Notes under the pieces: generated by a model
Told to the model about the DNA's origin: nothing
The model's input: only the letters and a program-made list of their open reading frames with translations
The model's database searches: none
In this document: positions 1-9,066 of the stretch, one piece after another
How the letters are laid out: each line of letters begins with the position of its first letter
Position numbering within the stretch: position 1 is the first letter of the stretch
DNA from: Chthonomonadales bacterium
Lineage (GTDB): Bacteria > Armatimonadota > Chthonomonadetes > Chthonomonadales > CAJBBX01
Assembly (NCBI GenBank): GCA_037443035.1
Contig: JBBIPC010000013.1
Location: 1-64,000 of the forward strand
Reading direction: 5' to 3'
DNA length: 64,000 nt
Position numbers and translations under genes: made by a program

Positions 1-181
1 CGGCACGGCGCATCAGGCGGTGGCGTTGCCGGCGGTACATTGTGTCCATCGCCGTCCATGGAGGGCAACGATGCGGTTCGGCAAGGTGTGGATCGGCGAG
101 CCGGACTTCAGTCCCGGCCACTCTCTCGAGGTCACGGTCGTGGAGGTCGGGAATCCCTGATCGGGCGACAGCCGTCCGCAG

Positions 182-946
182 TTACGGAACGAACGGCGGC
201 TCGAAGCACACCTCGCTGAGCAGCTTGTCGGCTGCCTCCATCTGTTCGCGCGTGCCGTCCACACCGAGCCAGACGCTGCCTTCGGCTCCGGCCACGCCGC
301 CGCCCGCGATGAGTTCCGCCGTAGCGCCCGTGAGCATCTCGATGGCTTCCAGCTCGGTGACCACCTCGCCGACGAGGGGATAGAGGCGGGGTCCCGACGA
401 CCCGGGCGCATCGAGGCAAGCCGCAAGGTCTCCTAAATCGGCTTCGACGCGCTTCTCCAGGCCGACCGGCACGATCAGCCGCGCGCGCCGACCGATCACC
501 GCCTGCATGGCGGCGCCTGCGGTTCCTGCCCTGGGATCGCCGATCAAGACAGCGGCGCGCCGGTTGGTCAGATCGAGCGCGTTGGCCCCTTTGAGGATCA
601 CGTCGCCTTCGCCGAGGCCGTCGGCAACGTCGAAGATCGTCTTGCCGGTCTGCATGCGGCCGTCCACAATGATCACATCGCCCGGGAACGGCTCGGGGCT
701 CCCCGTTGGAGGCGGCGCGTCCGGGCGCACCGGCGGGAGCGTGATGCCCCTGTAGAACCGGCGTCGGCTGAACGCCGGCGCATCGGGAAGCGTCCGCAGC
801 ACCTCTTCGGCGACATATCCGTTCGTCGTACCGGCCACGATGACCAGCGTGCCCGACTTCAGCACCGCTCGCACCGCTGGGTGCTCTGCCACAGCCTTGC
901 CGATCAGCCGCTTTCCGGCTGCGGGAGTGAGGGTGTATGGTTTCAT
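182..946 (-). CDS. Conserved hypothetical protein (about 254 aa)
   Basis: ORF 182..1039; likely start ATG 946 (MKPYTLTPAAGKRLIGKA). Globular composition with motifs GTTNGYVAEE, LKGANALD, PVGLEK, GGGVAGAEG. Confidence 0.7.
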   Translation of the reverse strand: MKPYTLTPAAGKRLIGKAVAEHPAVRAVLKSGTLVIVAGTTNGYVAEEVLRTLPDAPAFSRRRFYRGITLPPVRPDAPPPTGSPEPFPGDVIIVDGRMQTGKTIFDVADGLGEGDVILKGANALDLTNRRAAVLIGDPRAGTAGAAMQAVIGRRARLIVPVGLEKRVEADLGDLAACLDAPGSSGPRLYPLVGEVVTELEAIEMLTGATAELIAGGGVAGAEGSVWLGVDGTREQMEAADKLLSEVCFEPPFVP

Positions 947-1039
947 GGGTTGTCTCTCAGATGGGGGGATGTGTCCTTGGCGAATGACGCCAGTTGTCTC
1001 AACCCTCCCCAACGGCCTCGGCGGACTGTCTAGCACCAC

Positions 1040-2008
1040 CTAGGGAGGCGGGGGTGCCTGCGGCGGGGCGGAGGGCGGCGTCGCGACGACCGTATGGACG
1101 CTCTGGATAAACGCCCGGCCTTGGTGATTCTCGATTATCTTCATCGCGCCCGTGCCCGCAAACGTGTGGGTCGTGGCGTGAAAAACCGAAAGAACCAGGT
1201 CCTGCAGCACCTGATCCTGCTCAAGGCACTCGATGGTGAGGCCCCGGCGGATAAGCTCCTCACGTGGAATGTGGCGTCCATGGCTACCAAACCGGCTGTG
1301 GTCGGATAGCCAACGAGCGATCATCGCGGATCGCTTGACTCCGTCTGGGTGGCCCGCGAACATGTGTGCTCGAAGCCACTCGCGGGCGAGGCGACGAGAC
1401 TTCCTTGATGCATTCCTGCACTGGATGAGCATGTCGGGACCGAACATGCTCAGCATCGGGTACCACGTTGCGAGGCGGGTCGGGTCCTTGCACTGCTCTA
1501 CGGCCAATTCGAACTGCTCAAGGATAGCCTAGGCAGGCACCATGCGCAAGCCGAGCGGCGTATTCAGCACAAACTGCGGGTCTATTGGGCCGAGGAACGA
1601 GTGCTTTCCCATCAGGATGCGGTTCGCCGCACAGGCCAACATGGTAGCCGCCGACATGGCCAGATGCGGCACGATCACCCGTAAGTCGCGCACCTTGGTG
1701 CGCAGGTAAGCCACCAGCGATTCCGCCGCATCAAGGGCTCCACCCGGGCTATGGAGAATCAGGTCTAGCTCGGTGCACTTCAAGCCATGCAGCGTCTCCA
1801 TGAGCCCCTGCATGTCGCCATCACTGATGCTGTACAGATCAGGATGATAGTCCGAGGGCGTCGGTTGCGTAAACTTCGCGGCGTACAGGACAGTCTCGCG
1901 GCCCGTGTAGGCTGCGAGCTTCGCGAGATACCTGCGTCGCACGCGATCAAATCCCGCGGGGATGCCTTCCGCCTGAATCTCCGCGCCGATCTCGCTCCAG
2001 ATGGGCAT
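1040..2008 (-). pseudogene. SDH-family/ClpP-fold serine protease interrupted by an in-frame TAG at 1529-1531
   Basis: ORFs 1529..2008 and 1040..1507 are in the same frame and read ...MVPA*AILEQFELAVEQCKDP.... Motifs LILHSPGG, AMSAATM, LGPIDPQ, SHGRHI are typical of ClpP-fold (PF01972-like) proteases. Confidence 0.75.
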
Positions 2009-2011
2009 CGG

Positions 2012-2215
2012 TTACGGTCCCGACGATGAGACGCCGATGTGGACGCTCGGCGCAGGTCGCATCGGACGTAACCGCTGCAACTCGGACTCGATGCTCCACC
2101 ACGCATGCAGGACAGGCAGCGCATCGGCAACGCCGGGCTGAGCCTGAGCCTGCTCGATCAGCTCTCTGATGCGGGCGGAGTCGGCGTCCATGGCGCTCGC
2201 ACGTTGATCGGCCAT
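2012..2215 (-). CDS. Small hypothetical protein (67 aa) directly upstream of the protease
   Basis: Strong SD AGGAGG upstream of ATG 2215 (MADQRASAMD...); stop lies 3 nt before the protease ATG. Confidence 0.6.
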   Translation of the reverse strand: MADQRASAMDADSARIRELIEQAQAQPGVADALPVLHAWWSIESELQRLRPMRPAPSVHIGVSSSGP

Positions 2216-2604
2216 TCGGGTTCCTCCTGTTGCAGTAATACTCGTGCACCGGCGGCGCATTCGGAAGGGCCCCCGGAAATCCCAGGGTGATGCCCTTCTC
2301 GACGCACTTCCTGACCATACATACTGTACGGACATGCGGATTCCTCCCGTAACAGCCGCACATTGCGGCGCGGCCCTCCACGCCGTCACGTCACCACCCC
2401 CTCTCCACGTCCAGGTATGCGTTCCATGCCGCGGCCTCGGTGCCATCGGGCACAAGCTTGCCGGTGCGGCGGGCGTCGTCGGTATAGTCGTGGCCGGCGG
2501 CGCCTCGGCCGCAAACGTGACGGGGACGAATAGCGGGATCATGGTGGGATCATACTGAAGATGCACGCGGGACGGCTGCGCGACGATGGTTCATGAGATG
2601 CAGG

Positions 2605-2856
2605 CGGGCCGCCTGCGCTACGATGATTCACGCGGGACGCCTGGGCAACGCAACACGAAACCTCCCTGCATGGGTTCGTCCTATCCCGCTCGCGGGATTC
2701 GTCTTCCCAGCCCGACGATTCATCGTCGGGCCGCCTGCGCTACGATGATTCACGCGGGACGCCTGGGCAACGCCACGCGAAACCTCCCTGCACGGCTTGG
2801 TCATATCCCGCTCGCGGGATTCGTCCTTCCAGCCCGACGATTCATCGTCGGGCTAC
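2605..2856. repeat. Two-copy tandem repeat (122-bp period) containing REP-like palindromes
   Basis: Unit CGGGCCGCCTGCGCTACGATGATTCACGCGGGACGCCTGGGCAACGC... starts at 2605 and 2727. Each unit has ATCCCGCTCGCGGGAT and AGCCCGACGATTCATCGTCGGGC palindromes. Confidence 0.9.
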
Positions 2857-2889
2857 GTGCATTAGCCGGCGTTCGCCGAACCGCTGGCC

Positions 2890-3357
2890 TCAGGTGCTGG
2901 ATTCCAGAGCCCGAATCACCTCATCTACGTGGCCTGCGACCTTCACTTTGGGGAACACGTGGCGAACGATGCCATCCTCGTCTATGACGAACGTCGTCCG
3001 TTCGATGCCCATGTATTCCCTGCCGTACATGCTTTTCTTCACCCACACGCCGTATGCTTGCGCCACACGGGCGTCGGGATCCGCCAGGAGCGGAAACGAC
3101 AGCCCGTACTTGGCCGCGAACCTCCCGTGGGACTTCACACGGTCAGGGCTCACACCCACAACGACCGCACCAAGGTTCGCTATACGTTCCAGGTTGTCTC
3201 GAAAGGAGCACGCCTCTTTCGTGCAGCCCGGTGTATCGTCCTTAGGATAGAAGTACAGCACGACCTTGCGGCCTCGGAACTCCGAGAGACGACGGTTCTG
3301 GCCAGTCGAGTCCTGGAGCTCGAAATCGGGGGCAAGGTCGCCTGCTTCCATGGCCAT
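2890..3357 (-). CDS. bcp: Thioredoxin-dependent thiol peroxidase (peroxiredoxin Q/Bcp)
   Basis: YFYPKDDTPGCTKEACSFRD motif; GIERTTFVID. Confidence 0.95.
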   Translation of the reverse strand: MAMEAGDLAPDFELQDSTGQNRRLSEFRGRKVVLYFYPKDDTPGCTKEACSFRDNLERIANLGAVVVGVSPDRVKSHGRFAAKYGLSFPLLADPDARVAQAYGVWVKKSMYGREYMGIERTTFVIDEDGIVRHVFPKVKVAGHVDEVIRALESST

Positions 3358-3527
3358 GGAAAGTGTCTCCTCCTTACGCTATGCCTGGTGGCCGTCGAAC
3401 GGCCGGTTACTTCGTACTGTACGCACAGGCGCCCCGCGTTGTCGCACTGTCAGCTCGCCTGCTTGACACTGCTCGCTGCCCACGGGTACACAGCAAACCA
3501 CTAAGACTCCGTGTGGAGAGATTCGCC

Positions 3528-5885
3528 TTGACCGAACGTGTCGCCCGTCTGCGTGAAGCCAGCTTGAGCGCGATCCCGCACATCACGGCAGAACGCGCCG
3601 AGATCATCACCCGCTTCTATGCCGAGGCGCCAGAGACTTCCGCTCCTGTTCGACGCGCCATGGCATTTCGCACACTCCTTCTCGATAAGAAGCTGTACAT
3701 AGGAGATGGTGAGCTGATCGTCGGCGAGCGAGGGCCAGAACCCAAGGCAGTACCCACGTACCCGGAACTGTGCTGCCACAGCTTGGAGGACTTGGAGATT
3801 CTCCATACTCGGGAGAAGGTCTTCTATAGGGTCTCAGATGATGTCCGCGAGACCTATCGCGACCGCATCATCCCCTTCTGGCGTGGTCGGGCCATGCGGG
3901 ACATCATCTTCGCGCACATGACGGAGGATTGGCTCGCTGCGTACGAAGCCGGTGTCTTCACCGAGTTCATGGAACAGCGTGCCCCGGGGCATACCGTCCT
4001 CGACGACAAGATCTACCATCGTGGCATCGAGGATTTCCGTGCCGACATCCGCAAGAGCATGGAGGCGCTGGATTGGAACTCGGATCCAGAGGCGTTCGAC
4101 AAGTACGAAGAGCTGCGCGCCATGGACATCTGCGCGGAGGCCATCATCCTCTACGCCCGGCGACATGCGGAGCTGGCCAGGTCTATGGCAGACGCTACCC
4201 AAGATCCCCAGCGGGCGTCAGAGCTCCGACGCATCGCCGAGATATGCGAATGGGTGCCTGCCCATGCGCCGCGTACCTTCCACGAAGCGCTGCAAGCCTA
4301 CTGGTTCTGCCATCTCGGCGTCATTACCGAGCTCAATACTTGGGACTCCTTCTGCCCAGGACGCTTGGATCAGCACCTCTACCCGTTCTATCGAAGGGAG
4401 ACCGCCGACGGCACCCTGACGGTGGAGAGCGCCCGTGAGCTCCTGCAGTGCTTCTGGGTGAAGTTCAACAATCAACCAGCCCCGCCGAAAGTGGGCGTTA
4501 CCGCAGCCGAGAGCGCGACCTACACGGATTTCTGCAACATCAACCTCGGCGGCCTCCGAGCCGATGGATCGGATGGCGTCAATGACATGACCTATTTGCT
4601 GCTCGAGGTGATAGACGAAATGCGCCTCCTGCAGCCCAGCTCCAATGTCCAGGTCAGCATCAAGAACCCCGATCGGTTCGTCCATGCCGCCGCCCAAGTA
4701 ATCCGCAAGGGCTGGGGACAGCCGTCGGTCTTCAATGCCGACGCCGTCGTGGCCGAGCTCCTCAGGCAGGGCAAGTCACTGGCTGACGCCCGGTGCGGAG
4801 GGACCAGCGGCTGCGTGGAAGCCGGCGCGTTCGGCAAGGAAGCGTACATCCTGACCGGCTACTTCAACCTACCCAAGGTGCTGGAAATAGCCCTCCACCA
4901 GGGGTGGGATCCGAGAACCGGCAAACAGCTCGGACCCGTCACGCCCGATCCGCGCTCCATGCACTCCTTCGAGGAGCTCATGGCTGCGTTTCGAACTCAG
5001 GTCCAGCACTTTCTCGATATCAAGCTCCGCGGCAACCATGTCATCGAACGACTCTATGCCACTCGCATGCCAGCGCCGTTCCTCTCATTGCTCATAGATG
5101 ACTGCATCGCCAGGGGCCGGGACTACCATGCTGGAGGCGCCCGGTACAACACGAGTTACGTACAGGGGGTCGGACTCGGTACCACGACAGACGCACTCGC
5201 AGCGGTCAAGCACCACGTCTTCGACCATAAGGACCTCTCCATGGACCGATTGCTGGCAGCCATGGAGGCGGACTTCGCCGGCCACGAGGATGTTCAGGGA
5301 GTACTCCTCCATCGCAGTCCTAAGTACGGCAACGATGATCCCGAGGCGGATGAGGTCATGGTCCGCGTGTTCGAAACCTACTTCGAGGCGCTGGACGGGA
5401 GGCCCAATACCCGTGGCGGTCACTATCGCGTGGACATGCTCCCCACGACATGCCATGTCTATTTCGGTTCGGTGACGGGAGCGACACCAGATGGACGCCG
5501 CGCAGGTCGTCCGCTCTCCGAGGGCATCTCCCCCGTGCAAGGTGCCGACCGCCATGGCCCCACGGCGGTGGTTCGATCCGCTGCCAAGTTGGACCACGAG
5601 CGGACGGGAGGCACGTTGTTGAACCTGAAGTTCACCCCAGGATTGCTAGAGGGCCAGGATGGCATCAAGCGTCTTGGCGATCTTATCCGCAGCTACTTTC
5701 GGCTGGGCGGACACCACGTCCAGTTCAATGTCGTCTCGGCGGATACTCTAAGGAAGGCCAAAGCAGATCCTCAGAGCTACAGAGATCTCATCGTCAGGGT
5801 GGCGGGCTACAGCGACTACTTCTGCGATCTGACTCCTGCTCTTCAGGATGAGATCATCGCTCGCACTGAGCACTGCCAGTTCTGA
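3528..5885 (+). CDS. hypD: Glycyl radical enzyme, trans-4-hydroxy-L-proline dehydratase (HypD) type
   Basis: C-terminal RVAGYS glycyl loop, SGCVE Cys loop, plus EQRAPGHTV, NTWDSF, ESATYTDF, KEAYILTGY and MLPTTCH segments matching HypD as I recall it. Likely TTG start at 3528 after GGAGAG. Confidence 0.85.
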   Translation: MTERVARLREASLSAIPHITAERAEIITRFYAEAPETSAPVRRAMAFRTLLLDKKLYIGDGELIVGERGPEPKAVPTYPELCCHSLEDLEILHTREKVFYRVSDDVRETYRDRIIPFWRGRAMRDIIFAHMTEDWLAAYEAGVFTEFMEQRAPGHTVLDDKIYHRGIEDFRADIRKSMEALDWNSDPEAFDKYEELRAMDICAEAIILYARRHAELARSMADATQDPQRASELRRIAEICEWVPAHAPRTFHEALQAYWFCHLGVITELNTWDSFCPGRLDQHLYPFYRRETADGTLTVESARELLQCFWVKFNNQPAPPKVGVTAAESATYTDFCNINLGGLRADGSDGVNDMTYLLLEVIDEMRLLQPSSNVQVSIKNPDRFVHAAAQVIRKGWGQPSVFNADAVVAELLRQGKSLADARCGGTSGCVEAGAFGKEAYILTGYFNLPKVLEIALHQGWDPRTGKQLGPVTPDPRSMHSFEELMAAFRTQVQHFLDIKLRGNHVIERLYATRMPAPFLSLLIDDCIARGRDYHAGGARYNTSYVQGVGLGTTTDALAAVKHHVFDHKDLSMDRLLAAMEADFAGHEDVQGVLLHRSPKYGNDDPEADEVMVRVFETYFEALDGRPNTRGGHYRVDMLPTTCHVYFGSVTGATPDGRRAGRPLSEGISPVQGADRHGPTAVVRSAAKLDHERTGGTLLNLKFTPGLLEGQDGIKRLGDLIRSYFRLGGHHVQFNVVSADTLRKAKADPQSYRDLIVRVAGYSDYFCDLTPALQDEIIARTEHCQF

Positions 5886-5897
5886 CCGCGTCACCCC

Positions 5898-6908
5898 ATG
5901 AGCGCTGGAAACACGGACGGACGCGGCCGAACCCTCATCCTCGGTATCGACTCGGGTGGCACCAAGAGCGAAGCGCTGCTGACCGACGCTGCCGGACACG
6001 TGCTGGGACACGGGATCTGCGACTTCATGCACCCGGAGAGTGGACGAGGGCCAGGCGGCAGCGGCCGTACTGCCCGCACCGTCCTCCGGGCCGTCGCAGC
6101 CGCCCTCGACGGAGCCCCGCAGTCCGGTGTGTCGGCCGTATACGTGGCAGGAAGGGGGTCCCTGCCGCACGACTGGGCCCCTGAACCGCTGCAAGCAGTG
6201 GCAAGCTTCTATCCCGTGCGAGAACCGGACAGCTCCTTGGCGCTGGCCGGAACCGTCGCAGGCATTGTCGTGCTGGCAGGAACGGGCGCGTTTGTCTACG
6301 GACGAACCGAGGACGGACGGGAGCTTCATCTCGACTCGCTAGGGCCCCTGCTCGGTGACGCGGGCAGCGCTTTCGAAATCGGTCTCCGAGCAGTGCGTGC
6401 CGTTGCTCGAGCGAGCTGGCATGAACGACATCGCACGACGCTGGTCGAACCGATCCTCGCAGCCTGCCGATCCTATGCCGGCAGCCCCCACCATTTCTCG
6501 TTGGTGGATTACATGCTGCAGTGCCGCGACAGGTCGGAGATAGCGTCCCTAGCTCGTATCGTCAGTGAGCATGCGGAACACGGCGACGCCGTGGCGCAGC
6601 GCATTCTGGAGCAGGCCGCCGATTCTCTCGCCGACACGCTCCGCGATGTTGTGGACTGTCTCGGTATGGCGCAGACCGACCTACCACTCATCGCGGCAGG
6701 AAGTGTGGCGCGCCGCTCGAAGATCTACTGGGCACGTGTTTGCCAGCGGGCAGCGGAGATCGCACCGCATCTCCGACCCATCGTGCCGGAACATCGAGAG
6801 GTCGTGGGCATCGTGCTGGCAGCCTCCAGACGAATGGCGAATCTGGCACCGGACTTCGAGCAGACTCTGCGCCAGCAAACCATGTCCTTGGATGGAGGTG
6901 GGCAGTGA
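5898..6908 (+). CDS. BadF/BadG/BcrA/BcrD-family sugar kinase (GlcNAc kinase-like)
   Basis: LGIDSGGTKS, LAGTGA, LLGDAGSAFEIG motifs. Confidence 0.85.
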   Translation: MSAGNTDGRGRTLILGIDSGGTKSEALLTDAAGHVLGHGICDFMHPESGRGPGGSGRTARTVLRAVAAALDGAPQSGVSAVYVAGRGSLPHDWAPEPLQAVASFYPVREPDSSLALAGTVAGIVVLAGTGAFVYGRTEDGRELHLDSLGPLLGDAGSAFEIGLRAVRAVARASWHERHRTTLVEPILAACRSYAGSPHHFSLVDYMLQCRDRSEIASLARIVSEHAEHGDAVAQRILEQAADSLADTLRDVVDCLGMAQTDLPLIAAGSVARRSKIYWARVCQRAAEIAPHLRPIVPEHREVVGIVLAASRRMANLAPDFEQTLRQQTMSLDGGGQ

Positions 6909-7642
6909 CGTTCGAATACACCAAAGCAGTCCGGGCGGTCCTCAACCACCTGGAGAGCAGCCAAGCAGAGGCCATCGAGCGGGCCGCCGATCTTGTTGTC
7001 CATGCTCTGCGCCACGGTGGAGCAGTGTTCTGCAGTGACATAGGCCACGGCATCCAGGGAGACTTTCTCAACCGCGCTGGAGGTCTGGCGGCGCTCCAGC
7101 CCTTCAGCTTCGGATTCTCGCTGCACGACCCCGTGGCGACGTGTCTGAAGGACCGGCCGACTCCATCGGGCGTGGATCGAGAAGCGGAGACGATCCGGTT
7201 GGCAGTACGAGGCGGAAACCTTCGGCCGGGAGATGTGGTGGTCATCGGTAGCGTCTCCGGTCGTAACCTACGTCCGGTTGAGCTGGCACTGGCGTGTGGC
7301 GAAGCAGGCGTCCGGACTATCGGCATGACGTCGCTGGCTTACACATCGCAAATCGAATCCGCACATCCATCCGGAAAGAAACTGTGTGACGCCGTGGACG
7401 TCGTCATTGACATCGGGGCGCCCTACGGCGATGCTGCCGTGGAGATTCCTGGCGTAGAGATTGCCGTCTTGCCCGTCTCGGGTGTGGCCTTCGCCATAGC
7501 AGGCTGGATGCTTTGGGAGCGAGTCATCGCTCGTATGGCAGGGGAGGGCGATCCACCGACCGTCTTCATGAGCGTCAACCGACCAGGAGGAAAGGAATAC
7601 TACGAGAACGCGCGGAATCGCTACAACGAGCGAGGATACTGA
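6905..7642 (+). CDS. SIS-domain sugar isomerase-like protein
   Basis: GTG start overlapping the upstream stop (GTGA); GDVVVIGSVSGRN, HPSGKKL, PYGDA, PPTVFMSVN motifs. Confidence 0.8.
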   Translation: MTFEYTKAVRAVLNHLESSQAEAIERAADLVVHALRHGGAVFCSDIGHGIQGDFLNRAGGLAALQPFSFGFSLHDPVATCLKDRPTPSGVDREAETIRLAVRGGNLRPGDVVVIGSVSGRNLRPVELALACGEAGVRTIGMTSLAYTSQIESAHPSGKKLCDAVDVVIDIGAPYGDAAVEIPGVEIAVLPVSGVAFAIAGWMLWERVIARMAGEGDPPTVFMSVNRPGGKEYYENARNRYNERGY

Positions 7643-7704
7643 CCCGCGGCCGTCTTCATCGTTTGCCTGAGGGTAGAATAGGCCCCACCAGCCGGTGACG
7701 GGCC

Positions 7705-9066
7705 ATGCCTCCGTCGAAATCGCTCATCGGGACCTGTACCATACCCAACCTGAGCTATCGCAGCCAACCAAGCTACCGTGCGTGGTCACACATAGCTGCA
7801 GCCTGGACGTTCCTATGTCTGGTTGCGGCCGTTGGCGCTCAACTCCCACCACCACCGACCATTCGAGCTTCGGCTGCCATCCTCGTGGATGCAGGTACCG
7901 GCCAAGTCCTCTTCGCACACAACCCAGACCTCCGTCGTCCGCCAGCCAGCACCACCAAGATCATGACCGCCATTCTCCTCCTGGAGAATCTGCCGCTCGA
8001 CACCCTCGTGGCGGCAGACAAGCAAGCCTCCGAGACCGACGGGAGTTCTCTATACATGCGGGTGGGCGAACGAATCTCTGCCGAAGACTTGCTCTACGGC
8101 ATCATGCTCAGGTCGGCCAACGATGCATGTGTCGCCGTGGCGAAAGCCGTGGGTGGTTCCATCAACGGCTTCGTCGCGATGATGAACCGTAAGGCCGCCG
8201 CACTTGGAGCCACCAACACCCATTTCGCCAATCCTAATGGACTTCATGCGCCGGATCACTATACGACGGCGCGTGATCTTGCGCGGATCGCGTGCTACGC
8301 CGTGCAGAATCCGACGTTCAACGAGGTCGTCCGCACACGCTACCGTGTCATCGCACGAGATCCGGCGAACAAGGACGTCTACCTGAAGAACCATGCGAAG
8401 TTCCTCTGGTATTACCCAGGTGCGGACGGCATCAAGACGGGTTACACGGTGCCGGCGGGTCGGTGCTTCGTCGGTTCCGCCACTCGGAGAGGATGGCGAC
8501 TGATCACCGTTGTCCTGAACAGTCCGGACATCTACGGCGAGACGAGAGCGCTGCTAGACTATGGCTTCGCTGCTTACCATCCGGTGGTCGTGCTTCCATC
8601 GGGCGCTCGAGTTGCCGAGGCTCCTGTAACGCACGGGCTGCGGCGGGTCGTACCTGCATTGACCGTCTCCGAGTTGCGCTACGTCGCTCCCCGCGATGAA
8701 GTCTCCCGAGCCGACGTCCGAGTGTCCTTGCAGCCCCTCACGGCGCCCGTGCCTCAGGGAATCCGCATTGGTTCGGCCGAAGCTGTCGCAGCAGGTAAGG
8801 TGGTGGCACGAACCGACTTGGTGGCATCTGCACGGGTCGAGTCCATGCCTCGCACGCCGGCCCGTTCTGCTCTTACATGGCGTGCGCTCGGTACAATAGT
8901 TGCTGTCGGACTTTTCCTCTATGGATCAGCGCATTCAAAAGCTCCTCGCCGACGCGGGCGTGGCCTCGAGACGGGCCTCCGAGACGTTGATGCGCTCGGG
9001 GCGTGTGACGGTCAACGGTCGGCCAGTAACGGAGCCGGGAGCCAAGGCGGACCCGGAACGAGATGA
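7705..9066 (+). CDS. D-alanyl-D-alanine carboxypeptidase (peptidase S11)
   Basis: SxxK (ASTTK), SxN (SAND), KTG motifs, NPNGLH; signal peptide and C-terminal TM segment. Start uncertain. Confidence 0.9.
   Translation: MPPSKSLIGTCTIPNLSYRSQPSYRAWSHIAAAWTFLCLVAAVGAQLPPPPTIRASAAILVDAGTGQVLFAHNPDLRRPPASTTKIMTAILLLENLPLDTLVAADKQASETDGSSLYMRVGERISAEDLLYGIMLRSANDACVAVAKAVGGSINGFVAMMNRKAAALGATNTHFANPNGLHAPDHYTTARDLARIACYAVQNPTFNEVVRTRYRVIARDPANKDVYLKNHAKFLWYYPGADGIKTGYTVPAGRCFVGSATRRGWRLITVVLNSPDIYGETRALLDYGFAAYHPVVVLPSGARVAEAPVTHGLRRVVPALTVSELRYVAPRDEVSRADVRVSLQPLTAPVPQGIRIGSAEAVAAGKVVARTDLVASARVESMPRTPARSALTWRALGTIVAVGLFLYGSAHSKAPRRRGRGLETGLRDVDALGACDGQRSASNGAGSQGGPGTR

Noticed and set aside
1529..1531. 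Pyrrolysine or genome-wide TAG recoding
   Set aside because: TAG terminates several intact genes in the window and no pyl genes are visible.
2216..2566. N-terminal extension of ORF 2012..2566 or a separate gene
   Set aside because: A strong SD supports the start at 2215; the upstream frames lack a convincing start or motif.
2605..2856. Possible CRISPR array or coding repeat (ORF 2586..2987)
   Set aside because: The whole 122-bp unit is duplicated with no unique spacers; the ORF has no SD or protein-like features and overlaps bcp.
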